Part shown: in pieces, positions 36,250 to 48,752 of the stretch
Position numbering within the stretch: the first letter of the stretch is position 1
Layout: the number at the start of each line of letters is the position of its first letter
Source of the DNA: Lama guanicoe
Lineage: Eukaryota
NCBI GenBank assembly: GCA_013239625.1
Contig: MU054187.1
Coordinates: 9,381,231-9,445,230, forward strand
Reading direction: 5' to 3'
Length of the DNA: 64,000 nt
The notes under the pieces: generated by a model
Seen by the model: only the letters and a program-made list of their open reading frames with translations
What the model was told of the DNA's origin: nothing
Database searches by the model: none
Made by a program: the position numbers and the translations under genes

Positions 36250-36705
36250 GGTACAGGGGAGGGAAAGTCTGTTCCCCTATCCACCTTAGGTTCTCTGTCT
36301 GGGGGCTTATAAATTGGACTAACAGATTAACGAGAGACAAGCATACACATTTATTTAATATAAATTTTACATGACACAGGTGCTTTCATAAGGAAAGAAA
36401 GTCCTGAAGAACTGGTTAAGTGTGAGCATTTTTATATTAGGTTTGATGAAGAGTAGAAAGTTGTAGGAAAATGACAAAAGAGTATGAGCTATGGGTATTA
36501 AACGAAAGGAACAGTAAGGTCTGTTCACTCAGATTTTTCTCAGCATCCCTCCATCTTCAGATAAGGAGGGAACTTCTCATACAAGAGGAGAAAGGGGACC
36601 TCAAACAGCCCTTCCTGCACTTGCCATTTCTCAAATTCTTTCTGCTTAAAACAGACATCAAGCCAAGATGCCATGTTTTAGGGTAGCATGCCCTGAACAC
36701 CATGA
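36250..36705 (-). mobile_element. ERV1 solo LTR (MER34/MER39-like)
   Basis: gccaagatgccatgttttagggtagcatgccctgaac is the reverse of a ttcagg.catgctaccc.aaaa.atggc LTR start; acagattaac...tttatttaa poly(A) region. Confidence 0.7.
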
Positions 36706-36749
36706 TATGTAGAGGGATATTTATTTCAACATTGGAAGAACTTGAAAAA

Positions 36750-37130
36750 GAGAGTACTAAAACTAAGTATCTAACAACAAAAAGATGGCTAAATAAATTA
36801 TAGTAATACAGTTATTGAGAAGATTAAGGTGGACCAGTTGTACTGGAATAAAAGCTCTCTAAGACATATATCAAGTGGAAAAGAGCAGGTCACAGACGCT
36901 TCTTTGCAAAACAAGACAAAATGACCACTATATTGATATATGCAATTAAAGGAGAGGCAAAATGACTAGAAAAGTACGTTATTAACTGTTAACAGGGGAG
37001 AGTGTATGTGTGTGCACGTGAGCAGGTGATGCCAGGACTTAACAGGGGGACTTCTATATTTTACTCTACACTCTTATGTATGGCTTGAATTTTCCACAAG
37101 AATGTAGTTCTGTACTGCTTGTATAATAAT
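36750..37130 (+). mobile_element. L1ME-type 3' fragment
   Basis: gtatctaacaacaaaagatggctaaataaattatagt; gcttgaatttttccacaagaatgta. Confidence 0.6.
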
Positions 37131-38399
37131 GTACAATTTCATAAACAACAATTGCAAACAACCATAATTTTATCTCCTTTTGCAGGTAACATACTAGCAT
37201 AAAAAGCCCTAGAACATACCAGATCTGCCTTTTAAATTCTCTGGATTATCATTTCCTTCTTTATAAAATTTATTTGAACTAGATTATCTAATTCCTAATA
37301 AACTAAATTTCTCTGAGCCTATAAGATACAGTTTGAATAATTTTTCACTTTATTATTTTTGTATTTTATTTTTAATCTGTATTTAACTATTAGTACATCA
37401 ATCTTACAGGCACATTACCAATGTAATCAATAATTAAATTTTGCCTTAGTAGCCAAATTTGTCTGCCATGAGTATGGTTACCTCCTTCTACACTTTAAAT
37501 TATGTAGGGTTTAGTTTTGCTCTTTACCTTACCAGAATTGCTAAATGGTCAGGGAATGCTGTAAGGAAACACAGGATGCAAATCCCACAATTGTTTCAGT
37601 AGGAAAAAAATACAGCTGATTTGACTTTCATAAGCTCTTTCTCTTAGCTCTATCTTTAAATCTGAGAAAAGAAATGACTTAATGTAAAATTTCCATGAGA
37701 AAATACCAGACCCTTCCCCAGAAGAAGTAAAGAGAGAGTTTAAGCTAGAAAAGGAAGTCACTGTTTCTGAAATCTGTAAGAAAATATGTTCTCAATTCCT
37801 CAAAGTATAGACACAAAAGTAAAAAGACATCACCTTGAGAAGAAAAGGTATTCACATGCAAAACTGCCTGAATAATTCCCCCAGAACTTTCCCTAGATCG
37901 ATACTGTCTTAGTGGATACTAGAGGAAATAACAGAAAATGTAGGTTCATCAGGGAAGATTCCTACCTTTATACCTACCCAATCACTCAGAATCCAAATAG
38001 AATGTATCTCTGAATGCTGGAGTACATTCTTCAGTGCAGTTCATTCTAAAGTAAAAGTAAGTACCACATGACATCCCATAACAATGAAAAATGAAGCAAA
38101 TTGAGTTATGGACAAATGCCTCTTGTTTTATTTCAGTTTGACAGTACGTTTGGGTCCTTTACCTTGTCCCCACCTAAACAAATCTACACTCTTTTCTACA
38201 CAGAACCCTTACTGCCATGAAGTTCAGGAACTTGCAATGCAGGTACCAATGTAAACAGGGGAAGATAGGAAAGGAAATCTCCTGGGGGCAGAGGTGGGCA
38301 CGCACACACGGTGTCATCAGAACGGGAAGGAATAAATCTCCGATGCAAATTGAAAGGTGAAAATATTTTCACCTATTAAACTTTGACTTCCATTTCTTC

Positions 38400-38640
38400 A
38401 CATATTCATCAATGGGCATGTGGGGGCACTGAGCACAGTTCTGGGAATGCAAAGATGCATAAGGCACAGTCCCTCAAGAACACGGTCTAGTGGGAGAGAC
38501 AGAGAGATAAATAGTTACAATGCAGTATTTTTCACTGCTATAAAGCAGGGATATGTGAAGAACTATGAGGGGACATAGAGAAAGGGAGGCTATGTTTTGG
38601 GAAATCAGGGAAGGCTCCACAGACATCTGAGCTCAGTTTG
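38400..38640 (-). mobile_element. L2 LINE 3' end
   Basis: ttctgggaatgcaaagatgcataaggcacagtccctcaagaacacggtctagtgggagagacag. Confidence 0.8.
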
Positions 38641-38884
38641 TAACATTCGTAGAAATTCCAGAATTATGCAGTAGAATTCGTACTGTCTGAAGTAGGAATA
38701 TAGTCATCAAACCAACACCTGAAAGTACCAAGCCATCAGTTGGAATAGAAAGAAAGAAAAGTCTTGGGTACACATAGCTGGGGAAATGGAGTTAACAAGC
38801 TCAGGAATACAGTAAGAACGTCCATTCTCCCCACTACTGTTCAACACTGCAGAGCAAAATGTCCAATAGGATGTCCTTCATTTA

Positions 38885-39560
38885 ACGACAAAAGTACAGG
38901 CAACAAAAACTCAAATCAACAAGTGGGACTATATCAAACTAAAAAGCTTCTAAACAGCAAAGGAAACCATCAACACGAAAAGGCAACCTACCAAATGAGA
39001 GAAAATATTTGCAAATCAGATTATCTGATAAGGGATTAACATCCAAAATACACAAAGAACTCACACAGCTCAANNNNNNNNNNNNNNNNNNNNNNNNNNN
39101 NNNNNNNNNNNNNNNNNNNNNNNNNNNNNNNNNNNNNNNNNNNNNNNNNNNNNNNNNNNNNNNNNNNNNNNNNNNNNNNNNNNNNNNNNNNNNNNNNNNN
39201 NNNNNNNNNNNNNGCTGCCATCTCACGCTTGTTAGAATGACTAATCAAAAATACAACAAGTAACAAGTGTTGGTGAGGATGTGGAGAAAAGGGAAGCCTT
39301 ATACACTGCTGGTAGGAATGTAAATTGGTTCCTCAAAAAAATGTCAAAAACAGAGCTCCCATATGATCCAGCAATCTCACTTTTGGGTGTATACCTGAAA
39401 GAAATGAAATATCCATCTCAGATAGATAAGTGCACCCCCCTGCCATGTTCGTTGCAGCATTATTTACAACAGTCAAGACAGGGAAATGACCTAAGCGTCT
39501 ACCAATATGATGGATAAATCAAGAAAAAGTGATTTTCTCTCTCTTCTTCTGTCTTCTTCT

Positions 39561-39592
<32 letters not shown>

Positions 39593-39889
39593 ATCAGACA
39601 AGGACTATGATCTTACTTCTATGTGGAATATGAATAAAAAGCCAAATTCTAGAAACAGAGAGTAGAATGGTGGTGGTTAGGGTCTGGGGAGAGGAGGAAT
39701 TGAGGAGATACTGGCCAGAGAATACAAACTTTCAGCTTTAAGACGACTATGTTTCAGGGACCTAATATTCAGCACAGTGACTACAGGTAACAATACTATA
39801 TTATATTCTTGAAATTTGCTACGAGGAGATCTTAAGTGTTCTCACCTCACACAAAAATATTGCAATTATGTGAGGTGATGGATATGTTA
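38885..39889 (+). mobile_element. L1MA9-like L1 (ORF2 end and 3' UTR, 3'-truncated); N-run 39074-39213; CT-rich tract ~39535-39590
   Basis: caagtgggactatatcaaactaaaaagcttc; gttggtgaggatgtggagaaaaggg; agaaacagagagtagaatggtgg. Confidence 0.9.
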
Positions 39890-41519
39890 CTCCCTGCATC
39901 CGGCACAGAGAAAGAGCAATTAAAGGCACAATTCTGAAGGGATAGGATATTTACTGGTTTCCCAGGATATTAGTGTTATATGACCACACAAAAATGGAGA
40001 TTCATGCTGATGTTGCTGCTCAGGGAATATTCTGGAAGACAGCCTGTCTTGTTTGTCCGAAAGGAGCACCAGTGTTTTGGCTACAAACATCAGTTGGTCA
40101 TCCCAGTTCAAGCAGCGTCCCTTAACAATGCTTTTCTTTCTGTTTTTGTTTTTAACCTCCAATCTTCATAGAGATAGCCAAATACTAGTTGGAAAGAACG
40201 GAGCCAACACTGAATTATTCCAAGGATTCCTAAATAGTTAGACCTAAGTGTCAAACACAAAAGAAAGCACAAATATCAGACACTAAGGCCTCCTCTCAGA
40301 GAGACATATCCAGAAGTGCCAGCAGGAGTGGGGCTTGAATCCGTGTGCCTAGAGGTATGAAGTGAGAAGAAGGTAACTCGGGTACCATTTGATAGTTCAC
40401 CCCTGCTATTAGTAACGTCATTGAGTCTAGTTTGAGCCAAATCCCTGTCTAACTGGCCTGGCCTGTTATTGTGGGTTCAGTATCAAGTCGCTAAGTGAGC
40501 TTAATGATTCCATAAGAAACAGGGATTCATCTGTTTCATGTCCAGTTGAACTGCTTATTTAAGGAAACATTTGGTATTTACTTAACATGATGCTTGTCAA
40601 ATCAGGATCAATGTAAATTAATTAACTTGAAAGTGTTACCTAATTTCCTCATCGGTATTAATGCTGGTTTCCAGTAGCAAATGCTTTGGAGTGAAAAACA
40701 CTAATCTGCGTATTTTTCCTAAGTTTCCCCCCATTGTATTCAGCTTTAATTCGCGTGACAAGTTTCACCTCACAAAGTGCTTCCTCCTATTTGATTCTTT
40801 CCAAACACACATGGAGGTCTGTTTATATATTAATTTCTACTAGAATCACAGACGTCTCCTCCTGCATGTCTCCTCCCCAAAGGACCAAAAAGGCCTCTTG
40901 AGTGGCGATAAATGTCTCATTATAAACACTTAGTTAAAAACTGTGTCACAATTAGAGTCAATCTGGTCTGCACTCTCATGCCAAAAAGCAAAGTCTTTCA
41001 AGCTGTGCATTTTTACTATTAACTTTCCAGGGTAGCTTTAGAATCTCAATCAATTCTTTAAAAAATGCAAATGTCCTTTTCCCTTTGGTTTAGCAGTAGC
41101 CACTGGGAAATACATATGTATAATTCCTTCCTGGCTATGCATGTGCTGTAACAATTATCAAAGAAGAGACTCCAGAGCCTGCTCGACTCCCTCCAACCTG
41201 CTATCAGAGGCCATTTAACGTTCAGCCTTCCCTTCACCTTTGCAAATATGCCTGTTCGTAGGATTTATCTTGCTTTGTCTGAACGACACTATTTCCACTT
41301 CTGCTGTGGGCTCCTTGGCTACAGCAGCGCCTCCCTCCAACCTCCTCTCCACTGTCTTGCTAGGATGCCCTGGGGCCCTCCCTGGCCTGCCCGACAGCTC
41401 TCTAGGCCCATCATGTGCATTCCCCTCAACACCCAACCACAGTAACCTGCCTGCTCGCATCAGGGTGGCACTAGAAGTTCCCAAACACGCTGCAGGCCAC
41501 ATGCCCCTGTGCCCTTGTG

Positions 41520-41850
41520 CACCTTCCTCCTGCCTGCACTGTCCTATACCCCGGTGATCTCGCCATGCACCCGTCCAAAATCAGTTCAAAAACCATCTCC
41601 CCTGTGAAGTCATCTCTCCCTGCTCCCCCTACCCTGGCCAGAGTGGAGAGTTCTCTCCACTATTCCCAAGAGCCTTGTGGGCCCTTCTCTTCCTAGTATT
41701 TATCCATAGTGCTTAATTAGGAGTTTCCTGACTATCTCCCCACCAGGCTGTGAGCTCTTTAGAAGTCGGGATTCTTTTCATTCTTGCATTCCCAACGGCG
41801 AGAACCGTGCCCAGCATCTGGCAAGTAATCAAGAAGCCTTTGTGGAATGA
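41520..41850 (+). mobile_element. L2 LINE 3' end
   Basis: ccccaccaggctgtgagctcttt...accgtgcccagcatctggcaagtaatcaag...gaatgaa. Confidence 0.75.
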
Positions 41851-42085
41851 ACAGAAGGTGATAAACACAAACGTGAGAAGTATGGGTCTTCCGGCTCCCC
41901 CACGTCCCTGGGAGCATGTGAGCCCCACACTCCTGGAGACAGAGGACCTCTGCTCAGAGTGGGCTGAAATCTCTGACCATGAAAAGAACCTGGAAATGAC
42001 AACACCATTTGTAGATGCACTCTCATTAGTTTTCATCTCTGTGCCTAATGGGACGCGCACATAGATCATGAGAGCATGTATGCCA

Positions 42086-42610
42086 TGAAAGGGTCCAGAA
42101 TATGCCATTGTGGCGTAACAACTATTTTGAGCTGAAGACATCTGAGTTCCTGAAATCTTAATCTACCTAAAAGCAGTCCCTCCCAAATGAACTCAAAATC
42201 ACTCAACAGTCATAAATCTCCTCCCCAGAAGAAACCCAGGAAGACTGACTCTTATCACCACATCCAAACAGATATTATCAAAAAAAAAATCATATCTCCT
42301 ATCTGTTCTCCTAAGCGTCCATTTATCTTTCCAAAAAATCATTTGTTTTCCTTAAGTGCCCCTTGTTCCCCTGCTGTTTCCTATTAAGAAGTCATTTGTT
42401 TCCCTAGTTGCCCTTTTCCCTCTTACCTTCCCTGAATAAGACGGTAAATAAGCCCCAAATTCTAACCAGCCCTTTGAGTCACATTTTTCTGTGAATTCCT
42501 AAATATATACAGGAATACCTATCTCTCTTTCTTTTGTTGAACTGTCTTTTGTCAGTTTAATTCCCAGGCCTCCAAACAGTGAGCCTAAGAGGACAGCGGA
42601 AAAGCTTTTC

Positions 42611-42618
<8 letters not shown>
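42086..42618 (+). mobile_element. ERV1 solo LTR (MER34A-like), followed by (CA)n 42617-42645
   Basis: Starts tgaaagggtccagaatatgcca...tattttgagctgaag; ends ttttcctcttaca. Confidence 0.8.
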
Positions 42619-42648
<30 letters not shown>

Positions 42649-43199
42649 TACTAGAGTGCGTACATGTGTTTATGTGACTGTATACACATAATCACATGGA
42701 CAATTGCTTATGGCTACAGACCAAGAGGAGGGAAAAAATTCTTTCTCCTATTAGCTTTGTGATTTCCAAGTGACTAGACTTTGGGGCGAGGGGATTTAAG
42801 ACTAAAAACACTAAAAATACATAGGGAAAAATAACAGAATAACAACAAATGTTTGAATGGGGAAAAATGCCCTCGACTTTGCACCAGTCCCTGGCTCTCT
42901 GTGCTCCTGGCATTGGCAGAGCTCAGATAAGCTGAATCAATGGAAAATCCCCATGTCTTATTTCCATTTCCAGCCTCCTCCCCAGTAAGCCTTTTTCTAG
43001 CTGTTAACTAACAACATTGACCTTCCCTGTCAACCTTCATGTAAAGAGGCTAGTGAGCAATAATAATGCAAAAGAAGGTGAATCCAAAGGGAGAAAGAGA
43101 ATCAATAGAACAAAATTTCCCCACAACTGAACCATTTCCCTGAATGAAAATGACTGGATGTCTGTCCTCTCCTCCTAAGCCTCAAATACGATGATCTAA

Positions 43200-43380
43200 A
43201 CCAGTAGTTTCAAAGTGAGTTCCCCTCAGTCTCGGTAAGTGCCCCCACGACCGGGGCACTGGAGATGAGAGGGGATACCCAACCCCCACCTTCAGCCAGA
43301 ACATGCCAGCTTTGTTCTATTTCAAAGCTGGGCTTGTTCGGAAGATTCTGTTTGAAGGAGGAGTTCTAAAGCTAAAACAA
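43200..43380. mobile_element. hAT-Charlie MER (MER103-like)
   Basis: cagtagtttcaaagtgagttcc...ttcagccagaac...gaagattctgtttgaagg...gctaaaa. Confidence 0.55.
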
Positions 43381-43589
43381 ACAAATAAAAACAAATAACA
43401 ACTCCAGTCCAGAAAATGAGGCCATGTGGTTGATGAAATTCTATCTGGCTTTTACAAAAATAAGAATAGCCTAGGACAGACCTAGCATGCTGGGAGGTAA
43501 TCTGTAGCGTCCCCTTGGTGTAGCACAGAGAAGAAACCCAGAACTAGAGGCAAGAGACGATCCAAGGAGCATCCTGCTGGATGTGACTG

Positions 43590-44012
43590 TCTAGTCTTCC
43601 CTGCAAGGTTCCCAAGTTCCATGAGGGCAGCGACCCTGTCTGTCCTGTACACTGTGGAATCCTCAGGGCCTCACACGCAGTGCCTGGAGAAAGAGGGGAA
43701 GGGAAGCCTCCCCCATCCAAACTCCTGCCACAGCCCCACTCACGTATTGTTTAGGGGGACACCATTCAACTCCTTAAGGCCACAAATTGATTGTCACCTC
43801 CTGGCTGAGCTGGGCTGGGTGCCCTTTCCCCTGAGCTTCTCTGGTGTCCTGCCTAGTCCTCGTCATACTGTATCATCAAGTCCACTTGTCTGTGTCCCCC
43901 ACCCGACCACACTTCTGAAAGAAGGAATCAAAACTTTCACCTCCATAGCCCCAGACCCTACTCAGCCCAGTGCTGGTGCATCGTGGGCATCAAACATCTG
44001 TTGATGAATGAA
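43590..44012 (+). mobile_element. L2 3'-end fragments
   Basis: aagttccatgagggcag...tgtctgtcctgtacactg; ggcatcaaacatctgttgatgaatgaa. Confidence 0.65.
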
Positions 44013-45195
44013 CGCAGATGGTGATGGATTTTGCAAGCTGTGCCACTGGACCCATTACCTGCCTTCCCCACAGGAGTACAAGGGAACACCTGGTCAGCAG
44101 GCTTGAGTAACCTCTGTCCAGACTCTAGCCTCAAGGACAACTAGGTGAGCTGGTAAATTTAGCCCATTCGTCTCCTACCAGCCTGGTCCTGACAGCTAGA
44201 AACTTCAACAAAGACAGGGACGCATGGGGTGAAACTTCAGGGCACCAAACGTTTGCCCTGAATGTCATCTTTCAAGTCCTCCTCATGAATGGCTGCCAAA
44301 GTAAAAAAGGATTTTTTTTTCCAGTTCTTTTCCTCCCTGACCTTTCTCTGAGCCCTGTGAACCCACTCTTCTAGGTGAAGATCCTTGAGGTAGAACAGCA
44401 ACAGCAGACTCAGAGCTATGAGTTGCAGCTCGCTTCTCCTCCAGCATGTGAGGAAGTGGCGAGGCTGTCCATGTCACTGCTTCCTCGTATCTGCACCTCC
44501 TGCCTATCAAAGGTCACTTGGCGCTGCCCCCTCCCCCTGCTGTGGCTGGAGCAGCCAGGAGCATGGCTTGGTGCCAGCCCTTTGCTTCTGTCTGTAGCAC
44601 TTGGCCTTCTCAGAGCAGATTTTGAAATTAAAAGCAATACTTTCCACCTCAGCTATGGTAATAATGCTGAAGATTCATTTGGAAGTGTCAGCCACAACAG
44701 TCCTTCAGTAACTGGCACGCCTGAGATTGCATGTGTGGACCTTTCATCCTCAACTTAAAGAACTGTGAAACGGGGCTGTCATCTCCGTGAAGCTGCTCAC
44801 CCAGGGGAACCCAGTCAATGAATGTTGTGGGGGATTCACACTTTTGTTCCCAGTGTGCTCTGGTTGCCTTGTGGCAGCATAACTCCAGTTTGTCTTATAC
44901 ACATCCTTTCGATGAGCTAAGATCCTTTATGGTGAAAGCAAACTACACAATCAGGTTGAGAGGAACAATGCAGCACAGGTGGAAAGGTGCCCATTCAGGA
45001 AGAACTCCACCACTTCCATTCTGCACAGATTCTTTCATGTTAATGAGGACATGAGTTCCCGATCCTCACAGCCTTTGCTTTCCACCACTGGTCATTTCAG
45101 TAATAATGGCTAGCTTTTCATTATGTATCATTTTATTAAAAATAATTATGACCATTCATTGAGCACTTGCTAAGTACCATGAAGCCTTCAGAGCA

Positions 45196-47430
45196 GTCCT
45201 AGCTAGAGTAATTACGCAAGGAAAAGAAAGAAAAGGCATTCGCATAGGAAAAGAACTAAAATTATTTCTTTGAAGATGACACAATTTTATATACAAAAAA
45301 TTTTAAATATAGAAAAGACTTCACCAAAAAAGTTAGAACTAATAAACAATATTTTCAGTATTTCAGCAACACTGCAGGACACAAAATTAACACATAAAAT
45401 CAGTTGCATCTCTATATATTAACACTGAAATATATGAAAGAGAAATAAAGAAACAATCTCACTTACAATAGCAAGAAAAAAAATAAATACTTAGGAACAA
45501 ATTTAACCAAGAAAATTAAAAATCTATACACTGAAAGCTATAAGACATTGGTGAAAGAAACTGAAGACATAAATAAATGGAAAGATGTCCTCTGTTTGTG
45601 GAGCAGAATTAGTATTATTAAAATGTCCATAGTACCCAAAGTCATCTAGAGATGCAATGTAATCCCTATNNNNNNNNNNNNNNNNNNNNNNNNNNNNNNN
45701 NNNNNNNNNNNNNNNNNNNNNNNNNNNNNNNNNNNNNNNNNNNNNNNNNNNNNNNNNNNNNNNNNNNNNNNNNNNNNNNNNNNNNNNNNNNNNNNNNNNN
45801 NNNNNNNNNNNNNNNNNNNNNNNNNNNNNNNNNNNNNNNNNNNNNNNNNNNNNNNNNNNNNNNNNNNNNNNNNNNNNNNNNNNAGAGTGTAGAAATAAAA
45901 CCACACATACACGGTCAACTAATATTTGGCAAGGGAACTAAGAATATTCAATGGGGAAAAGACAGTCTTTCCAATAAATGAGCTGGGAAAATTAGACATT
46001 CACATCAAACAATGAAATCAGATACCTNNNNNNNNNNNNNNNNNNNNNNNNNNNNNNNNNNNNNNNNNNNNNNNNNNNNNNNNNNNNNNNNNNNNNNNNN
46101 NNNNNNNNNNNNNNNNNNNNNNNNNNNNNNNNNNNNNNNNNNNNNNNNNNNNNNNNNNNNNNNNNNNNNNNNNNNNNNNNNNNNNNNNNNNNNNNNNNNN
46201 NNNNNNNNNNNNNNNNNNNNNNNNNNNNNNNNNNNNNNNNNNNNNNNNTCAACATCATGAAAAAGGCAGCCTATCAAATGAGAGAAAATACCTGAAAACC
46301 NNNNNNNNNNNNNNNNNNNNNNNNNNNNNNNNNNNNNNNNNNNNNNNNNNNNNNNNNNNNNNNNNNNNNNNNNNNNNNNNNNNNNNNNNNNNNNNNNNNN
46401 NNNNNNNNNNNNNNNNNNNNNNNNNNNNNNNNNNNNNNNNNNNNNNNNNNNNNNNNNNNNNNNNNNNNNNNNNNNNNNNNNNNNNNNNNNNNNNNNNNNN
46501 NNNNNNNNNNNNNNNNNNNNNNNNNNNNNNNNNNNNNNNNNNNNNNNNNNNNNNNNNNNNNNNNNNNNNNNNNNNNNNNNNNNNNNNNNNNNNNNNNNNN
46601 NNNNNNNNNNNNNNNNNNNNNNNNNNNNNNNNNNNNNNNNNNNNNNNNNNNNNNNNNNNNNNNNNNNNNNNNNNNNNNNNNNNNNNNNNNNNNNNNNNNN
46701 NNNNNNNNNNNNNNNNNNNNNNNNNNNNNNNNNNNNNNNNNNNNNNNNNNNNNNNNNNNNNNNNNNNNNNAACCCCATGTTTATTGCAGCATTGTTGACA
46801 ATAGTCAAGACATAGGAACAACTTGTGTTCATCAACAGATAAACATCCTGTGTCCATACAGTAGATAGGCAGATAGACACACAGACACATGCATACATAT
46901 AAAAACATATACACATATACAATGGAATATTATTCAGCCATAAAAAGAAGCAAATCCTGCCATTTGTGAAAACATAGATGGACTTTGAGGGCATCATGCT
47001 AAGTGAAATAAGTCAGACAGAGAAAAACAAATATTGTATGATATCATTTATATATGGGATCTGAAAAAATAAAAAAGCCAAACTTGTAGAAACAGATTAG
47101 AATGGTCATTGCTTGGGGCTAGGGGGAGGGGGGAATTGAGTATTTGTTGGTCAAAGGGTATAAACTTCCAGTTATAAGATGAATAACCTCTAGGGATCTG
47201 ATATATAGCATAGTTAATAACACTGTGTTACATACATGGAAGTTGCTAAGAGGAGCTCTTAAGTGTTCTTACCTCACACAAAAATATTGTAATTACGTGA
47301 GGTGACAGATATGTTAGTTAATCTTATGGTAATCATTTTGCAATATACATCTGTATCAAATCATCACATTACACATCTTAAATGTACACAATGATATACA
47401 TCAGTTACATCTCAATAAAGCCAGAGAAAA
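45196..47430 (+). mobile_element. 5'-truncated L1MA9-like L1 with complete 3' end, inserted in a minus-strand MIR; N-runs 45670-45883, 46028-46248, 46301-46770
   Basis: ORF2 and 3' UTR motifs to catctcaataaagccagagaaaa; flanking near-duplicate GAAGCCTTCAGAGCAGTCCT (45181-45200) / GAAGCCTTCATAGCAATCTT (47431-47450); MIR continues to ~47580. Confidence 0.95.
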
Positions 47431-48289
47431 GAAGCCTTCATAGCAATCTTCTGAAGAGTCACCTTTGTCCACACTATTGGAGAAGAAACTGAGGGTTTAT
47501 TTGCCAAATGCTCAGATGGTCAGTGCGTGGCGGACCCAGCATTCCAGGCCAGGCTGGCTCAACTCTGGGGCCCATATTCTTGACTCAATCACCCACAACA
47601 CCTTCAGGTCTTCAGAAATAAAACTTCGAGTTGAACAGAACTTAACTTTGTCCTCTTGCACTTCCAGCATGGAGCACATACACTGATCTTACTGACATAA
47701 CTGGCATCGTTCTCAATCATCTCCCCCACTCTTGCTGCCCCTCAGTTGATGCAAACAGTGAGATGAGGCAAGGAGGCCACCTGAGTAGAAGCCCGGAATG
47801 AAGCAGCACCAAGGAGATGAGAGTAACCTCCCCATACCCAGGTAAACCTCCAGCAGACTGGGCCCTGTGGGGACGCTCGCACAGCCACACTATCAGCTGT
47901 GCCTTGGGTTCCTGTCCATGCATTCTCCTCAGGCTGTGCAGAGATGACACAGGCTCCCACATGCCTCACAGAGATGAAAATATGCCGCAGGCTCCTACAA
48001 AAGTCACTCACTGTGCCAAGGCGACAGGCTATGCTGGACAGGAGTCCAGGGCTTGAGTCACAAGGGTTTGCAGGAGCAGAGAGGAAACTGAGAAAGGACC
48101 TTGGCTGATCCCTGAGACAGGACCAAACACATGAATCTGCTTTGTTTTTGTTCACTGCTAATTCATCCATGTGGATAAAACGAGCACATTTACAAAAGTG
48201 AATTTGGCATATTTAATCAGAGCATCGTTGATCCTGCAGGAGCTGGAGGTGCTCAGGGAGAAGAGACTTCATCCCCCTCTGCTACTTAA

Positions 48290-48752
48290 CACTTTCCAGT
48301 GGCTCCCACTCCCTTAGGGAGGAAGTCTGGGCATGTTGGCCAGCACAGCACGGTTCCTGCTCCAGCCCCAGGCCACCCCTACTCCTGTGCTCCCGGCTTC
48401 CACAGATGCTCTCAGACACTTGCACTCCCATCTTTAGAGTAGCTGTGCCCTGTACCTAGAACATCATTTCCCCGCCCACCTTACTGCTGACACCTACTCA
48501 TCCCTCACATGTCTGGTTACTCACCACCTCCTCCTGGAGCTGTCTCTGCTCCCTAGAGGTCGGGTCAGTACCTTTCCTAAGTTCTCTCCGAAAGCCCCTA
48601 CTCCCCACTGAAGCACTCACGCTGATGGAAACGGCTTGCTGTTAGTTGGAAAGCCCTCTGACAGCAGGGTTCAGAGCACTGGCTCATACTGTGCATCAGG
48701 AGGACGATATCATGTTGAAAACCTGAACTTAAAAAGGAATGGAGTCAATGAA
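48290..48752 (+). mobile_element. L2 LINE 3' region
   Basis: ttccagtggctcccactcccttagg; gctgtgccctgtacctagaac; cacctactcatccctca. Confidence 0.7.

Noticed and set aside
45524-46997. Long X-containing ORFs (also at 1.5, 20.8 and 39 kb)
   Set aside because: Open only because N bases contain no stop codons
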